Shown piece after piece: positions 1-12,735 of a DNA stretch of 64,000 nucleotides. Both the position numbers and the translations under genes were made by a program. How positions within the stretch are numbered: the first letter of the stretch is position 1; the number at the start of each line of letters is the position of its first letter. Under the pieces are notes generated by a model, which was given only the letters and a program-made list of their open reading frames with translations, was not told the DNA's origin and ran no database searches. This DNA comes from Octopus sinensis (lineage: Eukaryota), in contig NC_042997.1 of the NCBI RefSeq assembly GCF_006345805.1, positions 147,002,001-147,066,000 on the forward strand, given 5' to 3'.

Positions 1-280
<280 letters not shown>

Positions 281-284
281 CTTT

Positions 285-449
285 TCAACTATAGGCACAA
301 GGCCTGAAATTTTAGGGGAGGGAGGGGACTAGTCGATTACATCGACACCAGTGTTTCATTGGTGCTTAATTTATCGACACTGAAAAGAATTTGAACCCAG
401 AACGTAGCGCCAGATGGAATACCGCTAAGCATTTCGCCCGGCGTGCTAA
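285..449 (-). mobile_element. tRNA-derived SINE family A, fragment with internal deletion
   Basis: Reverse complement matches the family-A head and body seen at 51326 and 32712 (ttagcacgccgggcgaaatgcttagcggtatt...gttcaaatt...gtcgataaattaagcacc). Confidence 0.8.
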
Positions 450-489
450 TAATAATAATAACAACAACAACAATAAAAATTAAAATAAA

Positions 490-1700
490 TGGTGAGGAAG
501 CTAATGGTCCGAATCTAGGGAAGGCTGTAAATACTTGGGCTGTATCCTTACTTAGATAATCAGCAGCTTTTGTAGATTGGACAAAAACTGAATTAGCAAG
601 GCTAGACAGAAGAACTAGGAAGGAATTCAATATGAATGGGGTACTCCACCCAAGGGCAGATGTAGCAAAATGATACCTGCCTAGAAAGGAAGGCGGAAGA
701 GAGTTAATATCAGTAGAAGACTGTGTGGAGTTAGCTAGAGTAGATATAGACTCCTATGTAGTCTATAGTGAAGAAAGTTTATTAAAAGCTGCTAGAGTCA
801 CAGCAAGACACAGGGAAACCAAAAATCCAAATGAAGTTAAAAACCAGAAAAAAAGAATAGAAATTATCTGACTGACAGGAGAAGGCGTTGCATGGTAGAT
901 TTCTAAAGATAGTTGCAGCAAATAGTAGTAGTGAGACATAGTTATGGTTGCAGAAAGGAAAGCTAAAGAGGGAGACAGAAAGTTTGTTAGTAGCTGCACA
1001 AGATCAAGCATTGAGGACTAATTGAATAAAAGCCAAGATAGACAAAAACCAAATAGATTCCCAATGTAGATTATGTAAATCAAAAGTGGAAAAGACATGA
1101 CAATCTAGGGAGAGCAATCCACTGGGTGCTATGAAGAAAGCTAGGAGTTGAACATACTGATAAATGGTATGAATACAAACCTAGTGAAGTATTAGAAAGT
1201 AATACCTTAACATTCAGACTGACAGAGTAATAGAAGCTAGAAGGTTTGGTAGTAATAGATAAAGAGAATAGAAAGTGCCAGATAATTGACTTTACAGTCA
1301 CAAATGATGAAAAAATTATTATGCGAGGTATAGAAAAAATAGTCCCAAATGATGAAACAATTAATATGAGAGGTATAGAAAAAATAGCAAAGTACCAGGA
1401 CCTAACTATTGAATTACAGAGACTATGGAAAGTGCGGGTATCCCAGTAGTTATAGGTGCATTGGGAACTATCCTTAAAGATCTGAACAGATGGGTAGAGG
1501 AAATAGGCATAGACCCCAGTTTAGTGCAGTTCCAGAAAACAGTGTCATTAGGGATAGCTAGGATACTTAGAAGGGTTCTTGGCATCTAAGGTTACTTGCT
1601 GTAACCCAATAGGATGGTTCTTGACATCTGAGGCTACTTTTTGTAGCCCGATGTTAGGATTCTTTTCTTTTCCAACAGCCTAATCTGTTGAGTGTATATG
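490..1700 (+). mobile_element. Degenerate 3' fragment of an R4/Dong-clade non-LTR retrotransposon (RT C-terminus, CCHC remnant, restriction-like endonuclease, 3' UTR)
   Basis: Frameshifted translation gives LHPRADVA..YLPRKEGGR, AAQDQALRTN, QCRLCK, then TDRVIEARR..LVVIDKENRKCQIIDFTV...KYQDLTIELQRLWK...PVVIGALGTI, homologous to the 3922-6504 element. Confidence 0.88.
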
Positions 1701-1701
1701 A

Positions 1702-1702
1702 A

Positions 1703-1755
<53 letters not shown>

Positions 1756-1917
1756 AACTACTACTACTACTACTACCACCACCGCCACCACCACCTCCAC
1801 CTCCACCATCAATACTACTACTACTACTACTACTACTACTACATCTACTACCACCACCATCACTACTACTACTACTACTATTACTACCACCGCTACCACT
1901 ACCTTCACCTCCACTAT

Positions 1918-1966
<49 letters not shown>

Positions 1967-2062
1967 GCTACCACTACCTTCACCTCCACTATCACTACTA
2001 CTACTACTACTACTATACTACTACTACTACTACCACCACCACCACCACCACCACCACTACTA
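1702..2062. repeat. Compound (CTA)n/(CCA)n microsatellite
   Basis: Read directly; explains the poly-T/L/V ORFs at 1654-2317. Confidence 0.95.
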
Positions 2063-2089
2063 CCAGCAGCATCCCGATTACCGTTACTA

Positions 2090-2341
2090 ATAATGGTTTC
2101 AAATTTTGGCAGAAGGCCAACAAGTTCGGGGGAAAGGTTAAGTCGTTTACGTCGGCTCCCAGTATTCAGCTGGTACTTCTTTTATCGATCCCGCCCACGC
2201 CCCCGCCAAGCGAAAAAAATGAAAGGCAAACTAGATCTTGGGCGGAATCCGAAAAGTCAGAACGTAAAAGAACCGGAAGAAATGCTGCCTCAGCAATTTT
2301 TGCCCGCGCCCTCTTAACGATTTTCGCAGCTCACCACCTTA
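2090..2341 (-). mobile_element. SINE family A copy
   Basis: The minus strand starts taaggtggtgagctgcgaaaatcgttaa and ends aaaatttgaaacc(att)n, as at 51326-51506. Confidence 0.8.
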
Positions 2342-3153
2342 GCAACAACAACAACAACAACAACGACAACGACAACGACGCTGATGATGATGATAGTGAT
2401 GATGATGATGACGACGACGATGATGATGATGATAGTAATAATAACAGATCTGGCTCTATCAGTATGACATAGCTGCTCTTTTGTTGGTATTGAGAAAACG
2501 CTAAAGCAATTTATTCATACATATTTGATTAGTCTGTAGGTTGATTGAAATATCCTATGAAGGCTCCGCTGTAATCTGACTATTTTTGCTTTAAACAATG
2601 ATAATCTATTATAGGAAGAACTGAACATCTGATTCACGAAGCTAACAACATAGTATCTTGGCCGGAAATTACAATACGTGTTGTTTCATCATAGTCACAG
2701 ACTATTCTAAAGATTTGGTATTGGTAGACCTTGGAGAAAGGGTTTTTATTGGCGACAGTGGTGATGGCGATGATGGAGGCAGTGGTGATGATGTGGTAGT
2801 CGTCATGATAACGTTGATGGTGGTGGTGGTGGTGGTAACGATCTTGATGTTCGTGGTGATAGTCGTAGTGATAACAGTGGTAGCAGGAATAGAGGTTGAG
2901 CGAGTGATGATGGCGGTAGCGATGGTGGTGACGGTGTTGATGGGGAGGGTGATGGCGGCGGCTGTGGTGTCGGATATTGTTGTTGTTGGTGGTGATGGTG
3001 GTGATAGTGGCGAGAGTTGTAGCAATAGCAGTGATAACAGAAGTAGTGACGACGGTAGAGATTGTGGTGGTGGTGAAGGTATTAGAGTTCATGTTGGCTT
3101 GGGTGGTGTTGGTAGTGTTGTTGATATCGTTGCTGATGTTGTTGTTGGTATTT

Positions 3154-3213
<60 letters not shown>

Positions 3214-3215
3214 AT
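2342..3215. repeat. Triplet microsatellites and degenerate GGT/GAT low-complexity tract ending in (TAG)n
   Basis: (CAA)(GAC)(GAT) runs at 2342-2443, a decayed GGT/GAT tract at about 2750-3150 and (TAG)n at about 3155-3211. Confidence 0.85.
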
Positions 3216-3249
3216 AGTGGTTCAAAAATAAAAGAAAGAATGGAAAGAG

Positions 3250-3760
3250 TGTTCTTCCACCAACGGGTCCAGGAGTAATGTGTGACAGAGAACATGGCCT
3301 TCGTTGATTCCACAAAGGCATTCGACGCGGCAAAATGGTGAAGCTTGTAATAAATTCCCAGAAAGTCTCAGGGACAGTTCACTCGTGTAAGAGAATCTCA
3401 AGACACTGGCCCGAGGGCAGTAATGACACAGACAAATTCCATCTCTACACAGCTTGATGTTACACTGGGAGTAAAGCAAGGATGTGTGCTAACACCAACG
3501 TTATCCTCACCTTATTTGACAGCGATGCTGAACGGTGAAGTTCGGAGGTTAATAGAAGGTATATACGTACAGAGAAAACTGATGCCAACTTGTTTAAGGT
3601 GTTGCCTATTAAAGCTAAGACCAAGATCACGCATGTTTTAATTACAGAAATTTTGTTTGATGATGATTATGCCATTATCTCCCACAGGGCATGCACAGGC
3701 TGGTGGTTGTCTTCGAAGGTGCGGTCACAAAGTTCAGCTTGAAAGTTAACATCGGAAAAA
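3250..3760 (+). mobile_element. RTE/BovB-like LINE reverse transcriptase fragment (pseudogenised)
   Basis: Remnant motifs AFVDSTKAFD, GVKQGCVLTPTL..YLTAML, GIYVQ/RTDANLF, ILFDDDYA and FSLKVNIGK, typical of RTE-clade RT. Confidence 0.8.
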
Positions 3761-3859
3761 ATTGATTTTCTTAGATAAATTTTGACTCGAGCCGAATTGC
3801 ATACTGGTTACATAGATAAAATGGTGATAGTAAGATTAGTTCTGCTTTTAATAATGTCG

Positions 3860-3860
<1 letters not shown>

Positions 3861-3896
<36 letters not shown>

Positions 3897-3921
3897 TATT
3901 ATTATTATTATTATTATTATT
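3861..3921. repeat. (TTA)n microsatellite at the 3' flank of the R4/Dong element
   Basis: Read directly. Confidence 0.95.
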
Positions 3922-6503
3922 TTTTTTTTCTTCTTTCAAATTTGCATCCATTTCTTGCCGAGTGTCTTCCCGACTCCTAGGGCAAAGAAACTCATAGTAT
4001 ACATTGGTAGGCCATTAAACCAAACTCAGTAGTTCGTTCATTTTTTTTTTTTTTTTTTAAAGTTAAATTAAAATACATGAGCAGCAACAGTTCTCACATC
4101 GACAATGCTCTTCTCAATACGTGTGATGTACCAGTTAAGACAATCTTTTGCACTTCTTGCAGGGATGGTAAGCCAGGGATCATTCTCATATAATTTTCGG
4201 TTCCCTTCTTGATCATTCCTAGTGCTCCTACGATCACTGGTATTGTAACCGCCTTGAGATGCCACATTTTCTCAATTTCAATGAGTAGGTCTTTATATTT
4301 TCTGAGCTTGTCAAACTCTTTCGCTGAGATATTATGATCACAGGGGATGCTCATGTCGATCAATAAGCAAACTTTATTGTTTTGGTCTTTCACAACAATA
4401 TCTGGTTTATTGGCCTTGATGGTTCGGTCTGTATGTACTGGAAAGTCCCACAGAATGGTTACATTTTCTCCTTCCGTTACAGCCTCAGGGTGGTGATTAT
4501 ACTACTTGTCGGCAGTTTTGATATTGTAATGCCGACTTATTAGCCAGTGGAGATATTGGCCAACTCTGTCATGTCTTAATTTATACTCCACTGGTGCTAA
4601 GACTTTACATCCAGAGATTAGGTGGTCCACTGTTTCAATCATGTCGTTGCAGAATCGGCATTTTGGGTCTGCTCCATTTTTCATCACATTGGCCTGGTAG
4701 TTCCGGGTTAATAGGCTTTGATCTTGAGCAGCCAGGATGAAACCTTCGCTCTCTGCTTTTAGCCCTGAGCTCCGTAGCCACTGATGGGTTTGCTTCTGGT
4801 CAACATCAGCTTGTTTGCTGCGAGTCACATATTTGCCGTGCAGAGGTTTCTCCTCCCACCTATCAGCCAATTGCTCGTGCGCTTTTTTCATTGCTATCAT
4901 TTTCACCTTCTTTGCAACAATAGTTGCTGTACTTCCCTCGGGTTGTTCAGTTTGGGTATCCTGCACGAGATCAATAGCAAATTTTTTGCTTTCCTTTATG
5001 ATAGAATGAAGCTTCTTTCGTCTCTCGTGATTTTCCACGAGCTTTAGCATCCAGTCATTCGATATTTCGAGATATTTGGCCAGTCCAATTGTGGTTGTTT
5101 TGTAAGCTAGTTCAAATTGGATCAGGCCTCGACCTACTTGGGCTCTGGGAAGGTAAAGGCGATCTACGTCTGCCTTTGGGTGGTGCATCCTATTACAACT
5201 CAGCAGCTTGCGTATTTTTCTATCTATATTCTTTACTTCACTCATATTCCAGTTCAACACATTGTAGCTATAAGTAACAACTGGAACTGCTAAGGAATTT
5301 ATAGCTAACACCTTGTTACGTGCATTTAGTTCAGATTTCAGGACTGCACGAACTCTCCTATAACATTCCTTCCTGATTTTCTCTTTCATGCTTGCATGCT
5401 GAATACCTGAGCCTTCATTTATCTCTAAATATTTGTATGTTTGTTCTTGCTCAAGCTCTCTTATGACTGTGTCAACATCTAACACGACTGAATTTGTGGT
5501 CTTCCCTTTCCCTTTCTGGAAAGTGGCCTTGGCACACTTCTCAAGTCCAAACTCCATCCCGATGTCATCGCTGAATGCTTTCACAGTGCGCAATAGGCCT
5601 TCAAGTTCATTATTGTCTTTACCATAAAGTTTTAAGTCATCCATATAAAATAGATGGCTTATTTTTTTATTGGCAATTTTATACCCATACCCTGTTCTGT
5701 TTAATTCACTTGTAAGGGGTATTAGGGCTATGCAGAATATTAAAGGTGAAAGTGAGTCACCTTGAAAAATTCCACAGTTGATGTTTATATTTTCTGAGGC
5801 AAGTACTCCATTAGAGTGGTATAATTGGAGATTCGTATTCCACAACGACATATTGTGCTTCAGGAAGTTTGAAATCACAGGGGAAATTTTGAAGATGTCC
5901 AGCGATCTCAAGATCCATGGATGCGGTATACTGTCGAAGGCCTTTTTATAGTCAATCCATGCGGTGCTGAGATTTCTGCGCTTGTTGTGACAGTTCTCAA
6001 GGATCATACGATTGATTAGCAGTTGATCTTTGCATCCGTAAGAGCCTCGGCGGCACCTTTTTGTTCAATGGGGAAAATATCGTTCTTCTCCATGAATGCA
6101 TATGTTTTCTCCGCCAGGATAGATGTTAGGATTTTATACGTGGTGGATAGACAGGTTATAGGCCGATAGTTTTTTGGAAGGTTGGTTTCGTTATTCTTTG
6201 GGAGTAGGTAAGTAATGCCACTTGCTAACCATTCAGGTGTTTTCTTGGGTCTCTCATAATTCCATTGAGCAGCTGAACTAGCTTACCGTGTGCGCATGGG
6301 AGCGATGCGAGCCAGAAATTCGGCACCCTATCTTTACCGGGGGATTTCCAATTATGGGCCTTCGTGAGTGCCTTTCTTAGGTCTGCTATTGTGATGTCTT
6401 CCCATGCTTGTTGTTGTAAATTTTGGTCGGATCCTTCAGTTTGTATAATCCAGTCTGCATTTATGTTGTACGTCTTCTTGTCACTCCAAATCCTTTTCCA
6501 AAA

Positions 6504-6504
<1 letters not shown>
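3922..6504 (-). mobile_element. 5'-truncated R4/Dong-clade non-LTR retrotransposon (RT + CCHC + restriction-like endonuclease), lightly decayed
   Basis: Translation runs NWKSPGKDRVPNFWL, NYRPITCLSTTYK, WIDYKKAFDSIPH, GIFQGDSLSPLIF, HLFYMDDLKLY, HPKADVDRLYLPRAQVGRGL, CRFCNDMIETVDHLISGC, KPDIVVKD..LIDMSIP..KYKDL. There is one premature TAG at about 4502 and frameshifts 5' of 6007. The 3' UTR (about 4093-3930) ends in an A-run and (TAA)n. Confidence 0.95.

Positions 6505-6558
<54 letters not shown>
6505..6558. repeat. (TTA)n microsatellite at the 5' flank of the R4/Dong element
   Basis: Read directly. Confidence 0.95.
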
Positions 6559-6616
6559 GTGGTTGTGTGCCGACATCACCGCCATGCACACTGTCATTAA
6601 TACTACTGTTTGTTGT

Positions 6617-6838
6617 AAGGCAGCGAGCTGGCCGAATCGTTGGCACGTCGGGTGAAATACTTAGCGGCGTTTCGTCCGTCTTCACGTTCTAAGCTCAAAT
6701 TCTGCCGAGGTCAATTTTGACCTTCGTCCTTTTCGGGGTCAATGAAATAAGTTTCATTTGAACACTAGGGTTGATGTAATCGACTTAACTACCCCTTTCC
6801 TAAAATGTCTGGCCTTGTGGCAAAATTTGAAACCAGTA
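6617..6838 (+). mobile_element. SINE family A copy
   Basis: taaggcagcgagctggccgaatcgttggcacg head, B-box-like gctcaaattc, tail ggccttgtggcaaaatttgaaacc followed by (TAG)n. Confidence 0.85.
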
Positions 6839-7327
6839 TTAGTAGTAGTAGTGCAGGGAAACATGTATATAAACATGCTTAATGTCACACACATAAAAAT
6901 AAAAGAAAAAACTCATTTGTTTTAATGACACTTCTTGCTAAGAAAAGCAAGGGTGATAACTCTAAGATACAAATTGATTAAACATATATAAACAAGTTAT
7001 GCTCTGATCGTACATATGTATGATCAGAGCGTTCCATTTGTATCCAACATGCCACTTTGTATGTGCATATATAATTATATCTATTGCACACTTCTATATA
7101 TATATATATGTATATACTTTCTACGTATTTCGATCGAATCCTCTGCCAATTAATACGGGGTCTCCTAACGACAATGTAAACTCCATATAATCAAGGTATC
7201 CTTGGCCTGAAGAGTAGCTTTCGATCTACCCCTTGTTTTGGATAATTTACTACTTCCAAGGTTCTGCTAGCTATGAGACATATGTAACCTGGATGTTATC
7301 CACTCCATTCCCTAATTTTTAGATGTT

Positions 7328-7360
<33 letters not shown>

Positions 7361-7361
7361 G

Positions 7362-7406
<45 letters not shown>

Positions 7407-8346
7407 TATATATATATAATATATATATATATAAAGAAAGAAAGGAAGAGAGAAAGAGAAAGACAGGTATGCATGTATATTATACATGTACACACACATA
7501 CACACACACACATATATATATTTGTGTGTGCACAAATCCATTGAAATATTGCCTTGATTTAACACAGGTATGATGCTTTACTAATAACTGGTTCATGAGT
7601 TTCTTACCTAACAAATTCTTATATAATCATACGGCAACACATTTATGGCTCTACAGATTTTCTTGTGATTGCTTACAGAGTTATTTAATGCCTTTTTAAA
7701 ATGTAGAATCACGAAAATCACATCATATAATGACACACATAGCTACTACATACATATATAAACACATATATGAATGTATTATTGCATATATACATACATC
7801 CCTGAAATCAAAATAAAAAAAAAGACGATTGTAGCTGATGCTATAAATCTTTCAAAAATAATATTCTAAGGTGACAGCCTATATGTGCTTCCGTACTAAA
7901 TTTCTTGTCATTTCTTTTACAAAAAAATCAGTAGCTACATGCATGAACCTTCAATAGCAAGAGACATTAATGTGACACTTTATTTCTTTGAGGATGATTT
8001 AAAAAACCTACGCTGGTAATATTTATAATGCTACAGTGGATTTACCAGCAACGTTATAACTTGATATAACAATGGGATTTGTCTGGAGAAATTATAAATT
8101 ATAGTCGACACAGAAAAACTACTTCCCAAACCAAGAATCTTTACAGCAATGGCCTCTCTCTCTTTTTTTCTCTCTCTCCATTTATTTATCTATCTGTCTG
8201 TTTCACACAATGACTACTACAAATACCCAAGTATTGTCGAATATATATCATATAAAATGATATAAGCAAAGAAAAATCTGACCAAAGTGTACTGTATCAT
8301 ACATAGAATATATGGCAGTAGGAGATATAATCTTACAATCAAGTTA

Positions 8347-8548
8347 CGAGGTGGGGCTGAAAAGTTCTTGGCTTTAAGGGTATCCCAAAAGGCCTGGTTG
8401 AGTTTTTTTTACAAGGTTAAGAAAAACTGAAGGACCGCTGCAATAAGTGTGTGAATCTGAGAGGGGGATATGTTGGATAAAATCATAATTAGCTTATCTT
8501 CCTGTATTTTCTGTTACCCAAAGCAAGGAACGTTTTAGCACGCCCTCG
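8347..8548 (+). mobile_element. Mariner-derived MITE (202 bp) with TIRs and TA duplication
   Basis: TA|cgaggtggggctgaaaagttcttggcttt ... aaagcaaggaacgttttagcacgccctcg|TA. The interior encodes KDRCNKCVNLRGGYVG*, a mariner transposase C-terminus. Same family as 39579-39795. Confidence 0.85.
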
Positions 8549-8804
8549 TAATAGTGTTTGTATTAAATTAGAAATACCTGTCGAAGGAACTGGCTCCGTA
8601 GATATTAAAACCCTCAAGATTTTGCCATCAGTAGGAACATCCCATGGTTCGGTAATGAACCTATCAAGAGTTTCCTTTAGATGCTCCATGCCACACAAGA
8701 ACTATTACTAGCATACTCGACAAAGACTTAGTGATGGAGTACTCTGCACGCTCAAACAGAGAAGATTACGTTTACTTACATTTAAGAATGATACTAATAT
8801 CCTT

Positions 8805-9240
8805 TCTACTACAAGCTCAAGGCCTGAAATTTTGGGGAGGGGGTTAGTCGATTACATAGACCTCAGTTTTCCACTGGTACTCATTTTATCGACTCCGAAA
8901 GGACGAAAGACAAAGTCAACTTCTGTGGAATTTGATCTCAGAACGTAAAGACGGACGAAATGCCGCTAAGCATTCTGTCTGGCGCGCTAACGATTCTGCC
9001 AGCTCCCCACCTTAAGAAAGATATTAGTATCGGTTTCAAATTTTGGAACTAGGGCAGCAATTTCGGGGGAGAGGTAGGTCGATTACATCAACCCCAGTGT
9101 TCAACTGGTATTTATTTTATCGACCTCGAAAAGATGAAAAGCTAAGTCGATTTCGGTGGAATTTGAGCTGAGAACGTAAAGACGAACGAAATGACGCTAG
9201 GCATTCTGTCCAGCATGCTAGCGATTCTGCTAGTTTGCAG
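8805..9240 (-). mobile_element. Two adjacent SINE family A copies (about 8805-9013 and 9030-9240)
   Basis: Each shows the reverse complement of the family-A head, body and tail. Confidence 0.82.
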
Positions 9241-9269
9241 CCTTAAAAATGATACTAAAATGAAACTTT

Positions 9270-9365
9270 AGTTGAAGACACTTACCCAAGGATTCACGCC
9301 GTGGGAGTGAACTCAGAGCCATGTGGATGGGAAGCAAGCTTCTTACCATACAGCTACGCCTGCGT
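9270..9365 (-). mobile_element. SINE family B head fragment
   Basis: Reverse complement of gctgtatggtaagaagcttgcttccc...ggcgtgaatccttgggtaagtgtcttc. Confidence 0.7.
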
Positions 9366-9944
9366 GTAAAAAAAAGTAGCCAGCAAGCCGCTACAGGGAA
9401 TCGATTTCTGTGCCTCTTAAGTTTCGACTGAGTACTCTGTACCATTGAGCACTTACATTCATTTGAATATAAGGAGGTACAAGGAATTCTAGTGACTACC
9501 TCAGTTAAAATTTCAAGGAAATCGCAAGGTAAAACATAGTAAAATTTATAAACCTCAGAATGTTTTGCCCATGAAAACATTCTTTCAGCATTAATGAGAA
9601 AGAGAGCATGTCTGGAAAGACACTTCGAATTCAAGAGATTCTCTGTATAGAGTATAACTATTGGTGCACTAGGTTACGTTAGATGATGCCTTAGTAGTAA
9701 TCTAAAAAAGAAAACCTGGGGTTTTTTAGGCAAAGAATATAAGCTAACATGCGCTTTACAATATCAGACTGTTAGTGGAATGGTAAAAATATGAAATACT
9801 TTTCTAAAATTGAACTATAACCATTTATCATTGCTGTTATCGTAATTCCAGCGACGGAGTTTTGTTTTTTTGTTAGAAAATCATCCCCCTTATTTATAGG
9901 AATAATTCAAAGAATTTAAAAAGAAAGATACTACTTATATGTAT

Positions 9945-10560
9945 ACAGTCTGTTCAGGATAAATTTGATTGTTTGCATACAAGGTAAAAAAAAAAAACCC
10001 CACAGTATCATAGTATTGAAAAGAAGTCATAAATATCAACTAGATTATGGCTGGGAGATAACAGTTTACTATATGTAGCTGCCCTCAGCTTCACCACGGC
10101 CCCAAGAACGACTCCGGAACCTGGCGCACGTGTTCCTCACGGTGTTCCTCACGGTGTTCCTCACGGTGTTCCTCACGGTGTTCCTCACGGTGTTCCTCGG
10201 AAGATCTTTGAAAATCTCCATCAATTTGGCCACCGACTCGGCAATGCTGTTGCAAGCAGAACGGTTGGTGCCTTTCTCAATCGCATCCCACACATAGTAA
10301 TCCATGGGATTACAATAGGGGGAGATTAGGAGAGAAATTGAGGCTAGTAAAATCCTAGAAATTCTCCCATAACCACTTCTGACTCTTTCCAGGAGTATAG
10401 CAAAGAGTTGAATCCTGCTGCCATGCATATGGCCTTCCAACAGCAGACCTGTTCAACCAGAGTTTGACCACAATCTCCAGCAGCTTCAAAATAGCCGTCT
10501 GAATTGAATCTAAGGCTTTGTTTAAAGTTGTGGGGCATCATGACGTCATCCTCACTGGAG
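9945..10560 (-). mobile_element. Tc1/mariner-superfamily transposase C-terminal fragment, probably DD37D/maT-like, with possible 3' TIR
   Basis: Frameshifted [11 protein letters not shown]..., AWQQDSTLCYTPGKSQKWLWEN, PYCNPMDYYVWDAIEKGTN...CARFRSR, matching the WQQDSAP.H and PDCNPLDYYVW motifs. A TA-CAGTCTGTTC end lies near 9945. Confidence 0.75.
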
Positions 10561-10564
10561 ACAT

Positions 10565-10692
10565 GTATATATGTATGTATGCATGTATGTATGTATGTAT
10601 GTATGTATGTATGTATGTATGTATGTATGTATGTATGTATGTATGTATGTATTTGTGTATGTATGAATGTATGTACGTATGCATGTAAGTAC

Positions 10693-10727
<35 letters not shown>

Positions 10728-10878
10728 TATATATGTATGTATGTATATATATATATGTATGCATGTATGTATGTATGTGTATGTATGTATGTATGTATGT
10801 TGTATGTATGTATGTATTTATGTATGTATGTATGTATGTATGTATGTATGTGTGTCTGTATATATATATATATATATA
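10565..10878. repeat. (TATG)n/(TA)n microsatellite
   Basis: Read directly; source of the MYVC/HTYI ORFs. Confidence 0.95.
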
Positions 10879-11444
10879 TGATGCGACTCTCTTCTCTATA
10901 CTGTGGTCTTCCTCCATTCTTCTGTAATTCCCCTTTTTCCCCTTCACCATCACCGTTTTCTACTCCTCCTCTCTCTCTCCTCTTTCTCTTCCCCTTCTCT
11001 CTCTCGTTGCTCACACGTGACCATCATCCATCTTTCTTTTCCTGCCTGGACATTCAAAAGAGTGGAACGTTTTGTTCTCTCTCTCTTTTATCTTTTCAAA
11101 AAAATATTTCTCATAGCATTCACTATTTTCATCTCGTTTTGGTCTAACGACCCTCCATGTTTGTTTTCGTTTGGTTTCCTTGTATGTCTTCACTGTCATG
11201 TTTTTGTTCCCAGCTTTGACCGTCCATAAACCCTAAATTTTATTTTAGAATTTATGGGAACAACTGTCTTTAAAGACTCATATTGTCGTTGAATTCTCGA
11301 AATGCGGAGTGAATAGACAGCCAAAAACTGTTCTCCATTTTCTCTCGTTGTATATGTATTTCATGTTATTTGAACCATTGGCGACGTGCTGTACCCATAT
11401 ATGCATTATATATATATATACACTATGTGTTATTTACTATTTAT

Positions 11445-11483
<39 letters not shown>

Positions 11484-11616
11484 GTATGTATATACATATG
11501 TATATATATGTAATTGTTTTGAGAAAGAAGATTGATTAGAAATCCTCTCACAATGCATAGGTTTGGACTTAGAAGTGCTTAAGAGTAACTTTTAGACGAA
11601 AGATATACATACATAA

Positions 11617-11703
<87 letters not shown>

Positions 11704-12572
11704 CGTATGTGTGTGTGTGTATACACACACACATATAGTTATATATGTATGTATTTATGTATGAATATATGTATGTATGTAGGAAAAACAGCGTTAACCC
11801 AACAACTTATTTACATTGGATTATATGAAATATTTCTTCGCTACGTGAAATTTTGCTTAGAGAATGATAACTGACTCTGATAATAACAGCAACACCTACC
11901 ATATTCAGAAATTTATGAGCAATCGAAGACTGCGTAAGTTTTCTTTTTATTTCATTTGGTCTTTCGGTTTAAATCAAGATCTATTCCAGTGATATCAGAA
12001 ATCCACCTAAACTTAAACTACCTTACAGCTAATCGACTTCGAAAATAGACATTTTTCGTCGTTTTGAAACTTGGTAGTCACAGACAGTAATTGTTATTCG
12101 AATCCTTATAATGTTAGCGAACTTTCAAAAGACATTCAAAACCATCTAAAAGACGCCATAGACGAGAACGATAAAAATTCAAACAAATCGCTAACACTAT
12201 CATACCAACATTACAATCATCTTCACTCCGCACACATAAATCTCCACGGATCCAGCGATTATAACCGTAGAATATATATATATGAAAGTAGAAATAATTT
12301 ACAGTTTAAGGAGAATTTTTCCGAATTCTCTCGGCTATAATTAGATAACTGACCGTTTATGGTCTTAAAAATTATCGATCATATCCCCAGAGACAACATA
12401 ACAACAGACGATAACATCGACGGCTGAAAAATAAATTCATATCTGAATACAGATACTATTGTTCGAAAAAATTATTCAGTCGATGTCTGTAGTATATGAG
12501 CCAATGAAATTTCTTAATGTAAATCATACATTCAGGTGCATAGCAACACTAGATCAGAATCAACGAGGGAGC

Positions 12573-12735
12573 CAGTATTGGATTTAGGCATTAGCTAAAC
12601 AAGCTACAGCTTAGGGCCTCAAATTTGTAATGAAATAAAAGTAATTAAAAATCATGTTTTCAATTTTTGTTTAATTTCTTTCAAAAAGGCCTTACAAAAT
12701 ATATTTAGGGCCTCACCATATCTAATCCAGCACTA
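12573..12735. mobile_element. Possible degenerate hAT-like MITE
   Basis: Imperfect TIRs cagtattggatttag / ctaatccagcacta and internal ttagggcctc repeats; no clear TSD. Confidence 0.35.

Noticed and set aside
7205-7240. CTGAAGAG-TAG...CTAC as a hammerhead
   Set aside because: The stem is present but the GAAA and the cleavage triplet are missing.
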